This document shows positions 1 through 13,178 of a stretch of 64,000 nt of DNA, piece after piece. Numbering within the stretch: position 1 is the stretch's first letter; the number at the start of each line of letters is the position of its first letter. This DNA is from Hormiphora californensis (Eukaryota > Animalia > Ctenophora). Made by a program: the position numbers and the translations under genes. The stretch covers positions 744,001-808,000 of the forward strand of contig CM035351.1 in assembly GCA_020137815.1 (NCBI GenBank). The letters run 5' to 3'. The notes under the pieces are model-generated. The model had not been told where the DNA came from, ran no database searches, and saw only the letters and a program-made list of their open reading frames with translations.

Positions 1-502
1 ATTTCTTAATCCTAACCCGCTTTTAGTCCAAACCTATTCCCAAGAAAAGTCTTGTCACTTCCCTCTCGAGGGTTCACGCCCTAACCCCACGTGCTCTAAA
101 GCTCAATCATGTTCATACTGGCCGGGGCTTCCGGTCAGCCGTCGCCACTTTCTGTCTGTCACACTATTGTGTAATGGCACAGTCTCGCGTGTGGCACATG
201 GAGCAGCTTCACGTGTTTTGTTATCTAATAGCCTAGTCCCCTCTATTGTTCTTGTGGGTAGTGGCCCTATTTTGCTGCAATTGTGTGTTCTACATGATCC
301 ATGAGATCCTAGATGTGCTGAAGTGAGATTTTAGAGAAATATTTCCCGAACCTACCCCTAACACGGTCGCTTGTAGTGGGAAAACGGTAATGGAAAACGA
401 AGATACAGTAAGACGACGCGCAACCTTGACCAATCAGGGCGCTAGTACGTGCTGACACATGAACTTTTTGCCGCGCGTTATGCACCGTGCACGTCTCCTT
501 AC

Positions 503-602
503 NNNNNNNNNNNNNNNNNNNNNNNNNNNNNNNNNNNNNNNNNNNNNNNNNNNNNNNNNNNNNNNNNNNNNNNNNNNNNNNNNNNNNNNNNNNNNNNNNN
601 NN
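503..602. other. Assembly gap (100 N); sequence to about 2070 is homopolymer-corrupted
   Basis: Run of N. 1290-1640 looks like a homopolymer-inflated copy of 2130-2420. Confidence 0.9.
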
Positions 603-3600
603 ACCCCAAGAAAAAAAAAAGGGCCCCCCAAAAAAAAAAATTTTGGGGAAAAAAAGAAAACGGGGAAAAAAATTTTAAAAAATTTTTTTCCTTTTTCCCC
701 CCCCCTTTTTTTTTCCCCCCCCCCCCCCCCCCTTTTTTCCCCCCCCTTTTTTCCCCCTTTTCCCCTTTTTTTTTTTTCCCCCTTTTTTTTCCCCTTTTTT
801 TTTTCTCCTTCTCTCCCCCTTTTTTCCTTCTCCTCCTCCTTCTCTCTTCTTCTCTCTCTCTCTCTCTCTCCCTCTCTCTCTTCTCCCCCCCTTTTTCCCC
901 CCCACTCACCGTAAAAAAGGTTGAGTAGATCCACGGTAACCCCAAAAAGCGCTCGGTAGCCCCCTATACACTTGACTGGGTTTAAATCCCAAAGAAGAAA
1001 CCAAAACTCCAACACACAAAGGGTAAAGGCCCTCCCCCCCACCTTTCCCCCTCAAGGAGATGGGAGTCAAGACCCAGAAAATTTAAATGTAAAAATTTTG
1101 GTTGGGTAAAATTTTTTGGGGGGTTTTTAAAAAAAAAAAAACTTGTGAGGGGGGCGGCAGATCAAAGGGGCCCAATGTGATATTACCTCCGGTGGGTAGA
1201 CAAGGAAAGAATCGGATGTGAGATCCCGTTTTGTTTATAATTAAAACACTGTGTCCCGCCAGGGGGAAAATTTGGTTTTTTCTAATCCCCAGGTTAAAAG
1301 GTAACTTTCCAGTCGGGGGGTTCTGGGAAAAAAGTTTGCCGGGCCAGGTATCCCTACCCAAACAGACTTGGGGGGCAAAAATTAATTCGTTTTCCTGAAG
1401 AAAACCCCCCCAATAGAATCGTTATTTTGGTCACGGATAGTTATCAGCCAAACAGGGCAAAATATTTCAGGGGCCCCAAACCACAAACAGATTTGGGGGC
1501 AAAACTTAATTTTTTCCGTAAAACATTTGAACATTTCCGTCCAAATTGAAATACACTAAAAAATGTCATTAAAATTTTTTTAAAAAGAAACCCAGGATAG
1601 AAAACACTTATTAGTATTGTCTAAAAACCTAAACCTTTCATTTATTGGGGTGGTCCCATTAGTCTTGGGGAGAGTTTAGGTACCAAGGAACGGGTCACCA
1701 GAAATTTGCTCCCCCACAGCACCACCCCACCCAAAAGGGCCCCATAATTTGGGGGTTTTCCCCCGGGGGGTGAATGGGAGTTAGTTTCCCCCAAACTATC
1801 TTTTCCTGGGGAAAAAGGTTTTTTATTTTGGTCTAGGGGCCCAAAAAATTTTATTTTTTTAAAAAATTTCCTTTCAAAAAAATTCAATTTTTCACAAAAC
1901 TTCCGGCCTTCCAAAGTGTTTTTGGCGGGTACGATCTTCAGAAGAAATGGCGAGGTTTTGTCGGACTTGCTGGGGCGGAGAATAACATTCTTTAAGGGGG
2001 CGTTGCACACAAACAGTGGAGTCTCAAATCTCCTTGTACCCCGTGTTGGTAATTTTAGCAGGATTGGGCGATGATAGTTCTTGACACCCGTCCTTCCAGC
2101 GAAGTGGTTTGTCCTATATCCGGAGGTTATCTAGGTAGGACGTTCCAAGGTCGGGGTTTCTTAACACGTCTCGGGGGACTCAAAAACAGACTTGGTGTTC
2201 AAAACTTAACTTACCGGTACCTGAAGAATTATCCTCTTTCCTTAGACTCGTTATTTAGGTCATTTGGAGAGGGGCAGTAGTATCAGCCAACAGAGGCAAG
2301 TATTTCTAGTACCCATCACATATCAGATTTGGGTGGCAAACCTTAAGTTTGTTCGTCAAACTTGTTGATCGAACTTCCTTCCATTACTGTTCAGAGTACC
2401 AGCAAACAGTCGTAGTGTAGCAATGATTGATGTCTCTAACCTGAGAAAGTCCGCAGTACAAGCCCTGTCACCTGGACCTCCATGGCGCCAGCTGGAGAAG
2501 GTACGATCCATCTCCGTGTTGAAAAAGTTTGTAGTACAATAGCAGGATCAGTTGAACAAAGGGTGTGATCAGCAGCGAGCTGGAGCAACAAAACTGATAA
2601 GCGATATGTGAGAAGTGGAAGATATGTGAGAAGTGGAGCGATATGTGAGAAGTCATGATATAACAACAATGGTTGGAGATATCAAGATGTACTTGACACG
2701 ATCTTCTTCACCGGAATGTAGCCAATACCGGCCACCACAACTCTTTCGACTCATTATTTAAATTTAACTTACGGGTGTTCAAAAGTGAGAAGTTTATCAA
2801 TTTCTTCTACAAAATCTTCCTCAGGGATATCCTTTACTTTAACGTAGCTTTTTACCCAAACCTGCATGAGATGTGTGTGTAGGGAAATACTAGGAAGTAG
2901 AAAATGACACGATCTAAAGAGAGCTGAAAAATATACGTGTACTATAACAGAAAACCATCCCCAGAGAATTAGCGAACCAAACCTTGGGTGTTAGTTGGAA
3001 CTTTCTACACACAGCCTCAATGTTTTGGGTTCCTACTTCAGGGGGTGAGAACGGTCCACCTGTCTTGGGGTCTGAGACAAAGAGGGGGAGTTTTAGAGAC
3101 AATCTGAGACAAAGAGGGGAGTTTTAGAGACAATCTGAGACAAAGAGGGGAGTTTTAGAGAGCACTTCGGATCACATTATCTGAACATAATACAGAAAAC
3201 TGGCCACAGCTCCAAGGCTATCATACCAAATTATTTTCCTAACCTTGAAGGTCCGATAGGTTGAGAAGTTTCCCAGTTTTAGTGAGGTACTCTGACACTT
3301 TGTTAACCTTGTTAATGTCTCTATCTGGAACATTGGCATTCACTACCACAACTCTACTCTTTACTTCTCCTTCCTGTAAATAGTGAGAGAATTAGATGAA
3401 GAAATAAAGAGAGGACACTCTGCACTTCTCCCTCCTGTAAATATTAGAGGGGCAGAAAGCTTCAGAGTGAGAAAGAAGCAGAAGAAGAGATAATAAAGGA
3501 ATAATAAGGGGACATCGCACTCCTTCCTACCCTCCTCGTCACATCTCTTCACGCCTCCTCCTTCCTCCTATAATTTCTAACCCCCCTCACCTCGACTATG

Positions 3601-3856
3601 GTATAGTTTGTAGAGTCACTGGTTGTCTTGTCAAAGTTAAACTTGTTAGCCCCAGCTTTCAGAATATAGTCAGTGGAGTCGGGGGCGTCATTGTGTACAA
3701 CCGTAGCCAGTTCTTCATAGGTCTCTGCCACCTTTCTAAACTCGTATTTCTCCTGTGTGATTGGGGACATGTTAATTATTACCTCACGAACCTTGAGTCA
3801 GTCTCTTGACTCATGAATGATCTACAACACCACTTTTAGCTGTGATTAGTACGGAC

Positions 3857-3965
3857 CAGGAACCGACCGAAACAATTAAACAACCAATCACAACTCGTTA
3901 TTTAGGTCACGTGACTGGTTATCAGCCAATCAGGGACCAGTATTTCCTGATTCGGTCGGTTCCTG
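3857..3965. mobile_element. 109-bp hAT-like MITE (family A)
   Basis: TIR CAGGAACCGACCGA...TCGGTCGGTTCCTG; 8-bp TSD GTACGGAC at 3849-3856 and 3966-3973; near-identical copies elsewhere in the window. Confidence 0.88.
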
Positions 3966-4076
3966 GTACGGACACAGCGAGGGACGGAGTCACGTACATG
4001 TTCAATATGAACTTCACGTTTTCCCCCACACATTTTATCAATGAATCATAATTCAATTAATATTGCTGTCACTTAC

Positions 4077-6516
4077 CAGATTGTCAGTAGTTCCCCACGT
4101 CACGCACACACAGATTATTCTCTGTAGTTTCTTGAGGAATTCTGTGTGAGCGGTAGGAAGTCTGAAATAGGTTCCGCCTGAGAACCAGCCCAGATTGCGA
4201 CCCTCCAACTTCTCGAGGATTTCTTGGTCGGATTTAGCAGGTAGGGGAGTCGCTCCTCTGTTGAACAACTGCCACAGGGTACAACCAAACACGTACCTGT
4301 GGGGATGTGAGGGGAGGGATTAGATCATGTATGGTGAGATGTAATATAAGTAGTAATTGGTGGTATTTAGTGTTTTGGTGGTATACAGTGTTTTGGTGGT
4401 AGTTGGTAGGGTAACAGAGATAGTGGTGGTATAGTTTGGTGGTAATAAGTGGGGTAAGATGAGAGAGTATAAATCAGGTTTGGAATGAATGGGTTGATCA
4501 ATGTTCACATGCAGAATGAGAGCTTGTGATGACACAAGGTGAGGAGCTGTAATCACACAGTGTGAGGGGGAGTGTGAGCTGTAAGATCTGTACATCACAC
4601 ACACCCTATTACCTATCAACTTCCCTACACCACGGGATGCTAGACACCACCATAGCTCTGTGCAACCACCGTGCAGTATGGGCCATCTCAGTTACATCTC
4701 CATATTCCTTCAACACCAGCCCATTATGGATGTCCCTCTTCTTCATTAGTTTTGGCAAGATTCCAACAAAACCCAGCTTCACCAGCCCAGTCGGGGTCAG
4801 GATGGCGTTGTGTAGAGCGGGGAGGCCGTGTGTGATGTTGAGAGAGTGGAGGTATTTGATACCCCTGCAGATTTGCAGACCGAATTGGAACAAGTGAACA
4901 GGTTCTAGTTGGCTGGGTGCCATGACACCAATATGTCTGTCTAGAGGGACACCACATTCCTCCTCTACTAGGCAGGTCAGATCACCATCTCTCATCGCAC
5001 CCAGGATACCCACTATGTGATCACGTGACAGGTCACGTGACAACAACTCCTTCACATGTTCAATAAGTGGGACCTGTATAATCCTCCTGTAATCCTTGTT
5101 GTGAGCCACTATCCGGGTCACTCTGACTCTCTTATGAGGGAGAACAATAGCTCCCCTGTGTACAGTGTAGAGATAGTGATGTGACACGCTACTTGGATCA
5201 AGTGTCACACACACAGAGGTCAAGTTACACTCTCCTTTAGTTTTAGCTACCATCTCGGCCAGGTGAAACTGTTCTATATCAGCCTCAGTTATGAAGTTGT
5301 CCTCTAATTTCCGAACTGCACCAGTTTTCTCAGTTATCTCTATTCGAGAGAATAACTTTGCGAGGGATAGGTAGCTCTGATGTTTATCAATATGATATTT
5401 CCCGGACATTACCAATATCTTCTTCTCCAGGACCTTCTCCCCAACAGAGAGGAACAAATGAAACTGCTTCAGTAACTTACTAAATTCCTTGCTAACATGA
5501 TTCTCAGTCACCACTACCAGAAACTTCCTCTCGTTTCCTGGAAACCTCAGAATCCTCTCAGCCTCCTTGCTATCCTCCACCCTTCTAACAACAGGAGGGA
5601 GCCCAGCTAGGGTGTAGTTGTGAACCCCATCTGGGCAGATAAACCTGGGATCGTGGTATAGCAGGGTCTCCAGTACTACATCATCACTAACTTTGTGATC
5701 TATCACCAGGTCCCCTGGGATGGCCCTCTTATAAGCAATATCCATTAGGGTCAGGAAGGTTTCCTGTTGGTTTCTATTGGCCAGGACCAGCTCCATCTTG
5801 TTTTGTTGAGTGTTGGAGTGGGTGTCAAGAAGAATGGAATGTTGTTTAAAGGAAAACGTTACATTAACCAGGGAGGAGTACGGGATGATGACATCATCGT
5901 GCTGAACCAACCCTTCTTTAGTTATTGTTATAGTACCATTCTTCTCACAGGTGAAGGAGAGACTGGGTCCTGCACACTTTCTAACCTCCTCAATAACTCT
6001 CTGTTTTGCTGCTGATATACCACCTCCCTCACTGGAATACACCTTCTTTAACTCACTGTTAACAGCAGCAACTAACTCTCTCCTCTCATCTTTGGATGGA
6101 CCCAGCAGAATATCCAGCTGTGTAGGTGTCACCTGTCGCAGGTTTAGGGTGGCGCATTTAACTGCCAGGATTAGAGGAAGCACTTCACTGGAGATCGGAT
6201 CACATGTCGCCATTAGATCCGTTACACTCTGATGAAACACGTAATCAAGTGTTTCAGGAGAGGAATGTCTGAGGTCGTCCAGAGAGAGCAGCTGCTCCAC
6301 GATACGATACACAAATGGTCCCTTGAGATTAGTATCTAGTCCCTTCTTCAGATAAGGGAGACACAGGTGTGGTCCACACCCCAGGGAAGTCATGGGGAAG
6401 ATATCAGGGGGTAGGCGGAGGTAGTCAGCAAACTGTCTCATTACGTCATAACGAGTTGATTTCCTGCTCACTTGGTCTATAGGGACCTGGCCAGCTAGCC
6501 CCACTAGAACCACCAT
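4077..6516 (-). CDS. JAK-like FERM-SH2-pseudokinase protein, unit 2 (exons 6516-4613 and 4296-4077; a further short exon is likely)
   Basis: FERM-like ETLDYVFHQSVTDL; SH2-like segment; tyrosine-kinase fold QICRGIKYLHSLNITHGLPALHNAIL...VKLGFVG. A phase-2 GT-AG intron (4612-4297) joins to DRYVFGCTLWQLF (subdomain IX). Confidence 0.7.
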
Positions 6517-6668
6517 GACTGCAGCTTGGGGGGAAGTATAGGGTTACTGAAAGGGAGAACTAACTGTGTGTGGGTGCAGTGTGTGTGTAGTGAGTGGGTG
6601 GAGATAAGGGAGGGGGGGGGGGTAATAACATATATAACATAGCATGCAGATGCAATAGCATTGAGTTG

Positions 6669-8751
6669 TTACCTGTCCCACGTTTCTTGTAATTTCTCCT
6701 CAGGACACTCGTGCAGCATTTTGATCCGCTTAGCACTGAACCACCCACCCAGGTAGGTGTCCAGAGTGGAGGGGGAGTGGAATCCACCAGTATGATGAGG
6801 TTTAGCGGTCAGAATTAGAGATGACAGGAAACCAACCTTGCCTAGTTTTACAGTTGTGTAACTAGGGTCTATATACACGTTACACAGGGCAGGAAACCCA
6901 TGAGTTATATCCCGGTCATGCAGGAACAATAGCGCTGATTTTATCTGGTTCCCAAAGTCCCATAGTTGTTCGTGACTGTAATTCCGGACAAAGGTATCTG
7001 CAAACCGGTGCCCAAACTGTTCATATACCACAAACACAGAAGTTGAATTGAGAGCTACTCCATGACATCTGAGGATATTTTCATGGGCATACTCTAATCT
7101 TGACAACTCCCCCAACCTTGTCAGCGCTCTGGCCACCTCATCCTTGGCAGCTCCTATACGAATATCTGAAACACCTGACCGAGTGGAAATCACCCTCCGG
7201 GTCCAGCCACCTGCCCTGTAGTGTAGCGTAAAGAGGTCCTGTGTCACCTGTACTAGGAACAAGGCTGATTGAGTGGATAGAGAGGTGGTGGGAGAGTTTG
7301 TGAACCTCATTATCGAATTCTAAAACAGGTCTCCTCTTATCCAGGATGATTTCCTCTGTTACGATCTGAGTCGGTTTTACTGGTAACTTTTCCTTTGAAT
7401 CAAGTATAATTATCTGAGAGACAAGGTCATCCAAACTCCGATACTCAGTCTTACTCTTGCCCTTCTCCTCTACCCAAAATAGTCCGTGACCCGTTTTGAT
7501 TTTGATGACATGGACCTTAGAGGAGTTGAGCACGATACACATGGGCACATAGGAAGGGTTCTGCATCTTTGCGAATATGTACCATCCTACCCGGTACCCC
7601 GAGTTGTCGGAGAAGCAGGGTACCATTCCTGACACTCAGTTGTTTCTCCAACAGTGGGGACTGGGTCAGAAGATTGTAATTGTTTGAAGCACTCTGAGTC
7701 TGGTTGACTACATTGTAGCTAACTGCGTAGGGGATCGAAGGAGGGTGAGGGTTCTAGAACCTACTTTGTGTGGTGTGTGTTGTCTGTAGAAGAAATCAAG
7801 AAGGTCAGACAGGATTGGAGGTCGTTTCCCTGCATAGTGACCTCTATAACACACTGATCCAGCAAGGACCAACTCAAATGACCTCTTCTTGATGTACCTC
7901 ACAATCGCTATGTCTGTGTACAATATGTTCTTTATAAATGCTTTCCGCCACACCAGCTCAATACACTCCCGTGACATTCTCATTGTGGCCTCAGGGTAAC
8001 TCTCCTCAATAGAGTGGGTTATCTTGACTGAGATATTGTGAGACCGAACAGAGAGACACACCACATCACCAACTTTGTTAACAAACATCATTTGTAACTC
8101 GTGAACGGGTAAATCCTTCTTGACTGTACTGCCAATACTCTTCATGATTTGGGCATTGTTCTCCTTTATAAAAGAGGGGTTGTGGTGCTCGAACATTTTA
8201 ACACATCTGCCCATGAAGACGTCTGTGAGGGGTAGGTTTAGTTTCCGGAGAGTAATTAACACCAGAAGGCTGAGGGAGGAAATGAGCCAGGGAGCGTAGT
8301 TTGATGGCGCGTCTTGGGAGGACATGATTCTCAACAAATCTGATTTACTTTGAAGATAAATATAGTTGAAAGTCTCGGGATCGGTGTGAAGCATATCAGT
8401 CACATTGTCAGGTTTCAGGACCCTAAACACAAACTTGAAATCATGATCTGTGACAGGAATCTGCTGGTTGTAAGGTAGGAAAAACTGTTCAAGTGATTCA
8501 TTTGCAAGTGTGCAAGATCTGAAACTGTTACTGGAAATTCTCAGCACCTTGGCACACGATTGTAACAAATTGAAGACTGATTGGTAGTATATTACACTAC
8601 TTTTTTCTCCTACATTCTCCAGGGATCCTTTGTAGACGAAGTGAAGTCCATTATAAAACTGTATCGTGGCAACTGAGAGCTTCAAATGAGGTTTAACGTT
8701 AGCCTTCAAATGAGTGCTCATGAACTGTTTGAACTCATCAACAACAGCCAT
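6669..8751 (-). CDS. JAK-like FERM-SH2-pseudokinase protein, unit 1 (one long exon broken by apparent indels near 7630-7750 and 7160)
   Basis: Three consecutive ORFs: FERM-like (DPETFNYIYLQSKSDLL), SH2-like (YRSLDDLV), kinase-like (HENILRCHGV, LLFLHDRDITHGFPALCNVYI, VKLGKVG). Collinear with unit 2. Confidence 0.65.
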
Positions 8752-8899
8752 GACTTAATGTAATAACTGATAACTGGAGCTCAGGAGTATCTTTTCATCG
8801 GTGAAATAGTGCTTTGGGTGAAATTGGAGGAATCCAAGGTGTCCATACTGGGAAATTAAGTGTTATTTATGCGTTATGTGGTATGCTACACTCCATAAT

Positions 8900-9130
8900 A
8901 AAGCCCGAAGGCGGGAATAAGGAAATTACGGTTTCTCCAACAAAAAAAAACGCAAACCGAAACGAAAATTTCAACTTTGAAATTTTGAAGTTGCGAAAGC
9001 CGCGCCGGGGTATGCGCGCGTTTTTCTAAGTTTTGCGCGTTACATCGAGCCGCGCCGCGCGTCAATTGAATCGACATTTTCCAGATCCAACCAGAAAATT
9101 TGATCGCCAAATTTTAAAATCAGAAACAAA
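8900..9130. promoter_or_regulatory. Candidate bidirectional promoter
   Basis: Lies in the 425-bp gap between divergent ATGs (8751 minus, 9177 plus); locally enriched in CGCG/GCGC and TTTGAA/TTCAA motifs. Confidence 0.5.
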
Positions 9131-9176
9131 CTTTTAACTTTGCCTTTCTTGAGATCGTGAGGCTTATTTCGTGAAA

Positions 9177-9434
9177 ATGGGTGGCGTTCATCTCACTCCC
9201 AAGTTTGTAGGCCATGTAAGTTCTTCTTAAACATCTTCTTGATGTCTAGGATTCCTCGTAATGCCTCAAATGACCGATTCAAACACTAAATTCCCCGTTC
9301 AGAACATCCCGTTCTTCCCGAAAGGGGCTCAGCCTCGACGGTATTTCCTAACTCTGGCTTTGATCGGAAGCTCCTACCCCTTCATTGTTTACAACATGTT
9401 CAAGTGGAAGCTGAACAATGATATCACCTGGTAA
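9177..9434 (+). CDS. COX7C: Cytochrome c oxidase subunit 7C-like, 56 aa (exons 9177-9215, 9303-9434)
   Basis: GTAAGT...TTCAG intron; spliced product MGGVHLTPKFVGHNIPFFPKGAQPRRYFLTLALIGSSYPFIVYNMFKWKLNNDITW matches the COX7C pattern GxNxPF...TM...PF. Confidence 0.7.
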
Positions 9435-9720
9435 ACTGGTTGCCATCTCTGTACAAAGTTACCCCCAAGAACTCTTTCGTGTGTGATTTATTTTCCTTTC
9501 CCTAGATAATGTATAAATTATTTCCTAATCGCCTCATTTTGTACTGTCGAGTGTGATGAAGTATACCACTGTTTGAATATCTTACCCTCTATCACACCCC
9601 ACAGTGTACTGTGTACCCCGGCTTTCGCCAAGGGTGTTGTAGCCATCACTAACCGCTCCCACTTCCACTCCATCACTAACCCCTGTCACCTTGTTGTAGC
9701 GTGTGTAGCACAGCATCACA

Positions 9721-10172
9721 ATGGTCGCCAGCAAGAAATCCAAGAAGGCTATGGAGTCCATCAACTCCCGACTTGCACTTGTCATGAAGAGTGGAAAGTT
9801 CACCATCGGATACAGGAGTACCCTCAAGTCAATCCGACAGGGCAAGAGCAAACTGATTATCATCGCTAATAACACCCCTGCTTTAAGGAAGAGCGAGATT
9901 GAGTACTACTGCATGTTGGCCAAGGTACGTGTGTTAACTAGATGAATTTAATTGTTGATAGTGTCTGTTTGTTCTGGGATGGAGCTCTGTAATGGGAGCA
10001 AAGAAATCCTAGTAACCCTGATTTGTATTTATAGGTTGGTGTCCACCACTACACTGGCAACAACATCGACCTTGGAACCGCCTGCGGAAAGTACTTCAGA
10101 GTTGGTGCTCTCTGCATCACAGACCCCGGCGATTCAGACATCATCCGATCTATGCCTACCAACGCGGAATAG
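9721..10172 (+). CDS. RPL30: 60S ribosomal protein L30 (exons 9721-9924, 10035-10172)
   Basis: [15 protein letters not shown]...[13 protein letters not shown] spliced to [23 protein letters not shown]...DPGDSDII. Confidence 0.97.
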
Positions 10173-10475
10173 AATTTTGATTTTTGACCTGTTTTTAACT
10201 TATTTAAAAACATCTGACTTTGCTTTACTCGTGTCCCCATCTACCACACCCCATCTACCTAACTAACTATGTGATGCCCCCGCGCCTTAGCTTGTGAATC
10301 TCACTCTTCCCCCTGTTAAAATATGTATCCCAACCCCCACTTTAATCTAACCAAACTTCAATCTACCTAGCTCCCCCCCCCTTATTGAACCTCCCCTGGC
10401 CCTGTTAAAATGTAGCCCAATATATGCTACCCCCATACTAACAATGATATATTCCCTCCTTTAGCGCTTCATAGT

Positions 10476-13178
10476 ATGTTTGATGGAGGCTTCAAAAGTA
10501 AACCAGTAGTAGCACTCCGGGGATCCAGTTCCAACGCACCCCGTAACGTTGTTGAAGCAAACAGGAGGAAAAGAGAGACTCGTGATACACAAAGAAGGGG
10601 AGATAATGCTGTGTTACAGCTACAGACGCTATTGAGAGGGTGGAGGCTGAGGGGGAGGTTAAGGGAGGAGTGTCGAGTGAGGCATGATCAGACTACATAC
10701 CCTGATAATATCCGGCCCTTGCTGTATTGTTATAACCCTACAGTTGACCATACTAGACTGGTGGGGCTGTGCTCCAGATTAGATAATGGTACTGGTGGTG
10801 GAGAGTTCAGTAGAGCCACCCTCTCCTACAGAATAATACAGGACATACATCAGCAGGTGGTTGTACAGGGTGTTACTACCAAACCTGACCTTGTTGAAAC
10901 ACTAAACAATAGAACTGCACCACACAGGTCTGATGTGACGTTCAAACTACTTGTGGCTATATTGGATAAACACCAACACCCAGCACTTGTGACATTGTTA
11001 AAGACAGTGGTCAGTGTGGAGTTAGTGATACCTGAGATAGTCCTGAACCCTTCCCTGTCTAACCACACCAAGATACTTCAATCTCTCTCCCTAGAAGGTT
11101 GTGATCCGGCTGTACTGGTAACATCTCACACACCCCTTATCTGTTCCTGTCTAGATAGTGACTTCAACTCTACACTAGAGCGTGTAGTTGGGTTATTGAG
11201 ACATGCCGCCCTATCCTCTGATCTACTACTGGGTGTTCTACAGGCCCACAGACCAGTATTTAGATCTGATGGGGAGGATGACAGTTCGAGTGAAGAGGAA
11301 GATGATAGGGAGAGGTATAACTTCAACTGTCTAACAGACATGGAGCTATCTGTTGAGTTAGTGTTTGTGATAATAGCTAAATATCGGATACCTGTGGCAC
11401 GGTGTGGGCCTCTAATTCAACTCGCCTTCAATACCACCTACCTGAGGTCTCTATTAGCTGAGATAATGGGGGGTGAGTTGGTAGCTGCGGTGGTCCAGGG
11501 TCGGTCTCTTACCTCTACTGAGTACAGGATGTTCGTACCTCGTGTCACTGTTCTATCAGCCCTTCTAACTAGTTACATCTCTTCAACACATGATAGTGAC
11601 ATATTGGAGGAGAGACTGCTAACAAGAGACCAACTAATAACCCTGTGTATAACAGCACGGGACCTATCACTAGCCCTTGCCTCTATGGATCTAATAGCTA
11701 TATCAGGTCCTCTAAAGGTCCGGTCTGCCTTCCTGACTGCTTCCAGACATACCTCAGTACCTGGTGGGTTAGAGGCTGCACACTGGGTTGAATGCTGGGT
11801 ACAGGTGACTGCACTAGCTAGAGAGCTCTATAGACGGAGTACTAGGCTCAGTGTGGAGGTAGAGTGGAGGAGAGATGATGTTAGTGTGAGCGAGGAATGT
11901 ATCTGTCTCTTTTTAGAAGAGGAAGCAGCAACCAGTAACGTGAGTTTGGCAGTTGTTAAGGAACTGTATGTGTTACAACGTGTCCCTTTCACCATCCCCT
12001 TTAAGAGTCGTGTATCTCTCTTCCATAAGATATTGGATAAGGATGTTCTGAGTACCAGAGGTGCACATGATCAATTCAACACCTCAGCATCGGTCCAGGC
12101 TTCTATCAGACGGGACTTTGTTTATGAGGATGCCTTTATACAACTAGCAGAGAGCAGAGCTCCTAACTTGAAACACAGGCTAACAGTTAAACTGATCAAC
12201 TTTACTGGACTAGATGAGGCAGGGGTGGATGGGGGAGGGCTGTTTAAAGAGTTTGTCAGTTGTTTCGTTAGAGAAGCATTCAACCCTAACAGAGGATTCT
12301 TCATTGAGACAGAGGGGTTGTTACACCCTAACCCAATGGCTATAACACTGTATCCTGACTACAAGAAACACTACTATCTGATAGGGAGAGTGTTGGGTAA
12401 AGCTATATACGAGAAGTTATTGGTCGACCTGCCCCTAGCCCCGTACTTTCTGGAGCAGCTCCTAGGGTCAACTGCTGATATAAACTACCTCCGCTCCCTA
12501 GATCCCACCCTATACAGAACCCTACTCTCACTCCGCAGTTATACAGCTCAAGAGATAGCAGATCTGGAATTAGGGTTTGTAGTAGATGAGAACACTCTGG
12601 GGAAGACAGCTAACATTGAACTAAAACCTGGTGGTAGTGGTATCAAGGTGACTAAAGATAATGTCATCGAGTATATCCATCTAGTAGGCTGATCACAGGT
12701 TAAACAGACAGACTAGATCCCACTGCCGTGCCTTCACCTGAGGGGCTGTACAGTGTACTAAGTGTAGAGTGGTTGGGTATGTTTAGTTTTGCTAGAGCTA
12801 CACCTCCTGATATGCTGGCAGTGAGAGTGATATAGATCCTAGCTGATCTCCGTGCCAACACTGTGTATTATGGGATATACAAAGAGGACCACCAATGTGT
12901 TGAAATATTCTGGGAGGTTCTAAGGTGATCTGAGTCCTAAACAGCGGCGACTCTTCCTGGCATTTGTAACTAGCAGTGACAGGACACCAGTTATTAGGGT
13001 TTGGTAGTTTGAAACCCTCTATTTGCAGTACACAGTGCAGGGGAAGAGGAGGACAGATTACCGACTGCTAGTACCTGTATGAACCTTCTGAAACTGCCTG
13101 AGTATAGGAGTTACTGAGGTTATGAAGTCTAAACTTGTTTATGTGATCGAGTCAGGGGCTGGGTTTGAGTTGAGCTAG
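10476..13178 (+). CDS. UBE3C: HECT E3 ubiquitin ligase UBE3C-like, intronless; several 1-bp frameshifts in 12690-13120
   Basis: MFDGGFKSKPVVALRG N-terminus, IQ motif, EAGVDGGGLFKEF; after the frameshifts LPTASTCMNLLKLPEY and ESGAGFELS-stop. Confidence 0.9.

Noticed and set aside
434-2070. K/G/F/P-rich ORFs around the gap
   Set aside because: Translations of N runs and homopolymer-corrupted sequence.
12690-13130. UBE3C as a pseudogene or programmed frameshift
   Set aside because: Many single-base insertions cluster in otherwise well-conserved HECT sequence, and similar indels occur in other genes here; sequencing error is more likely.
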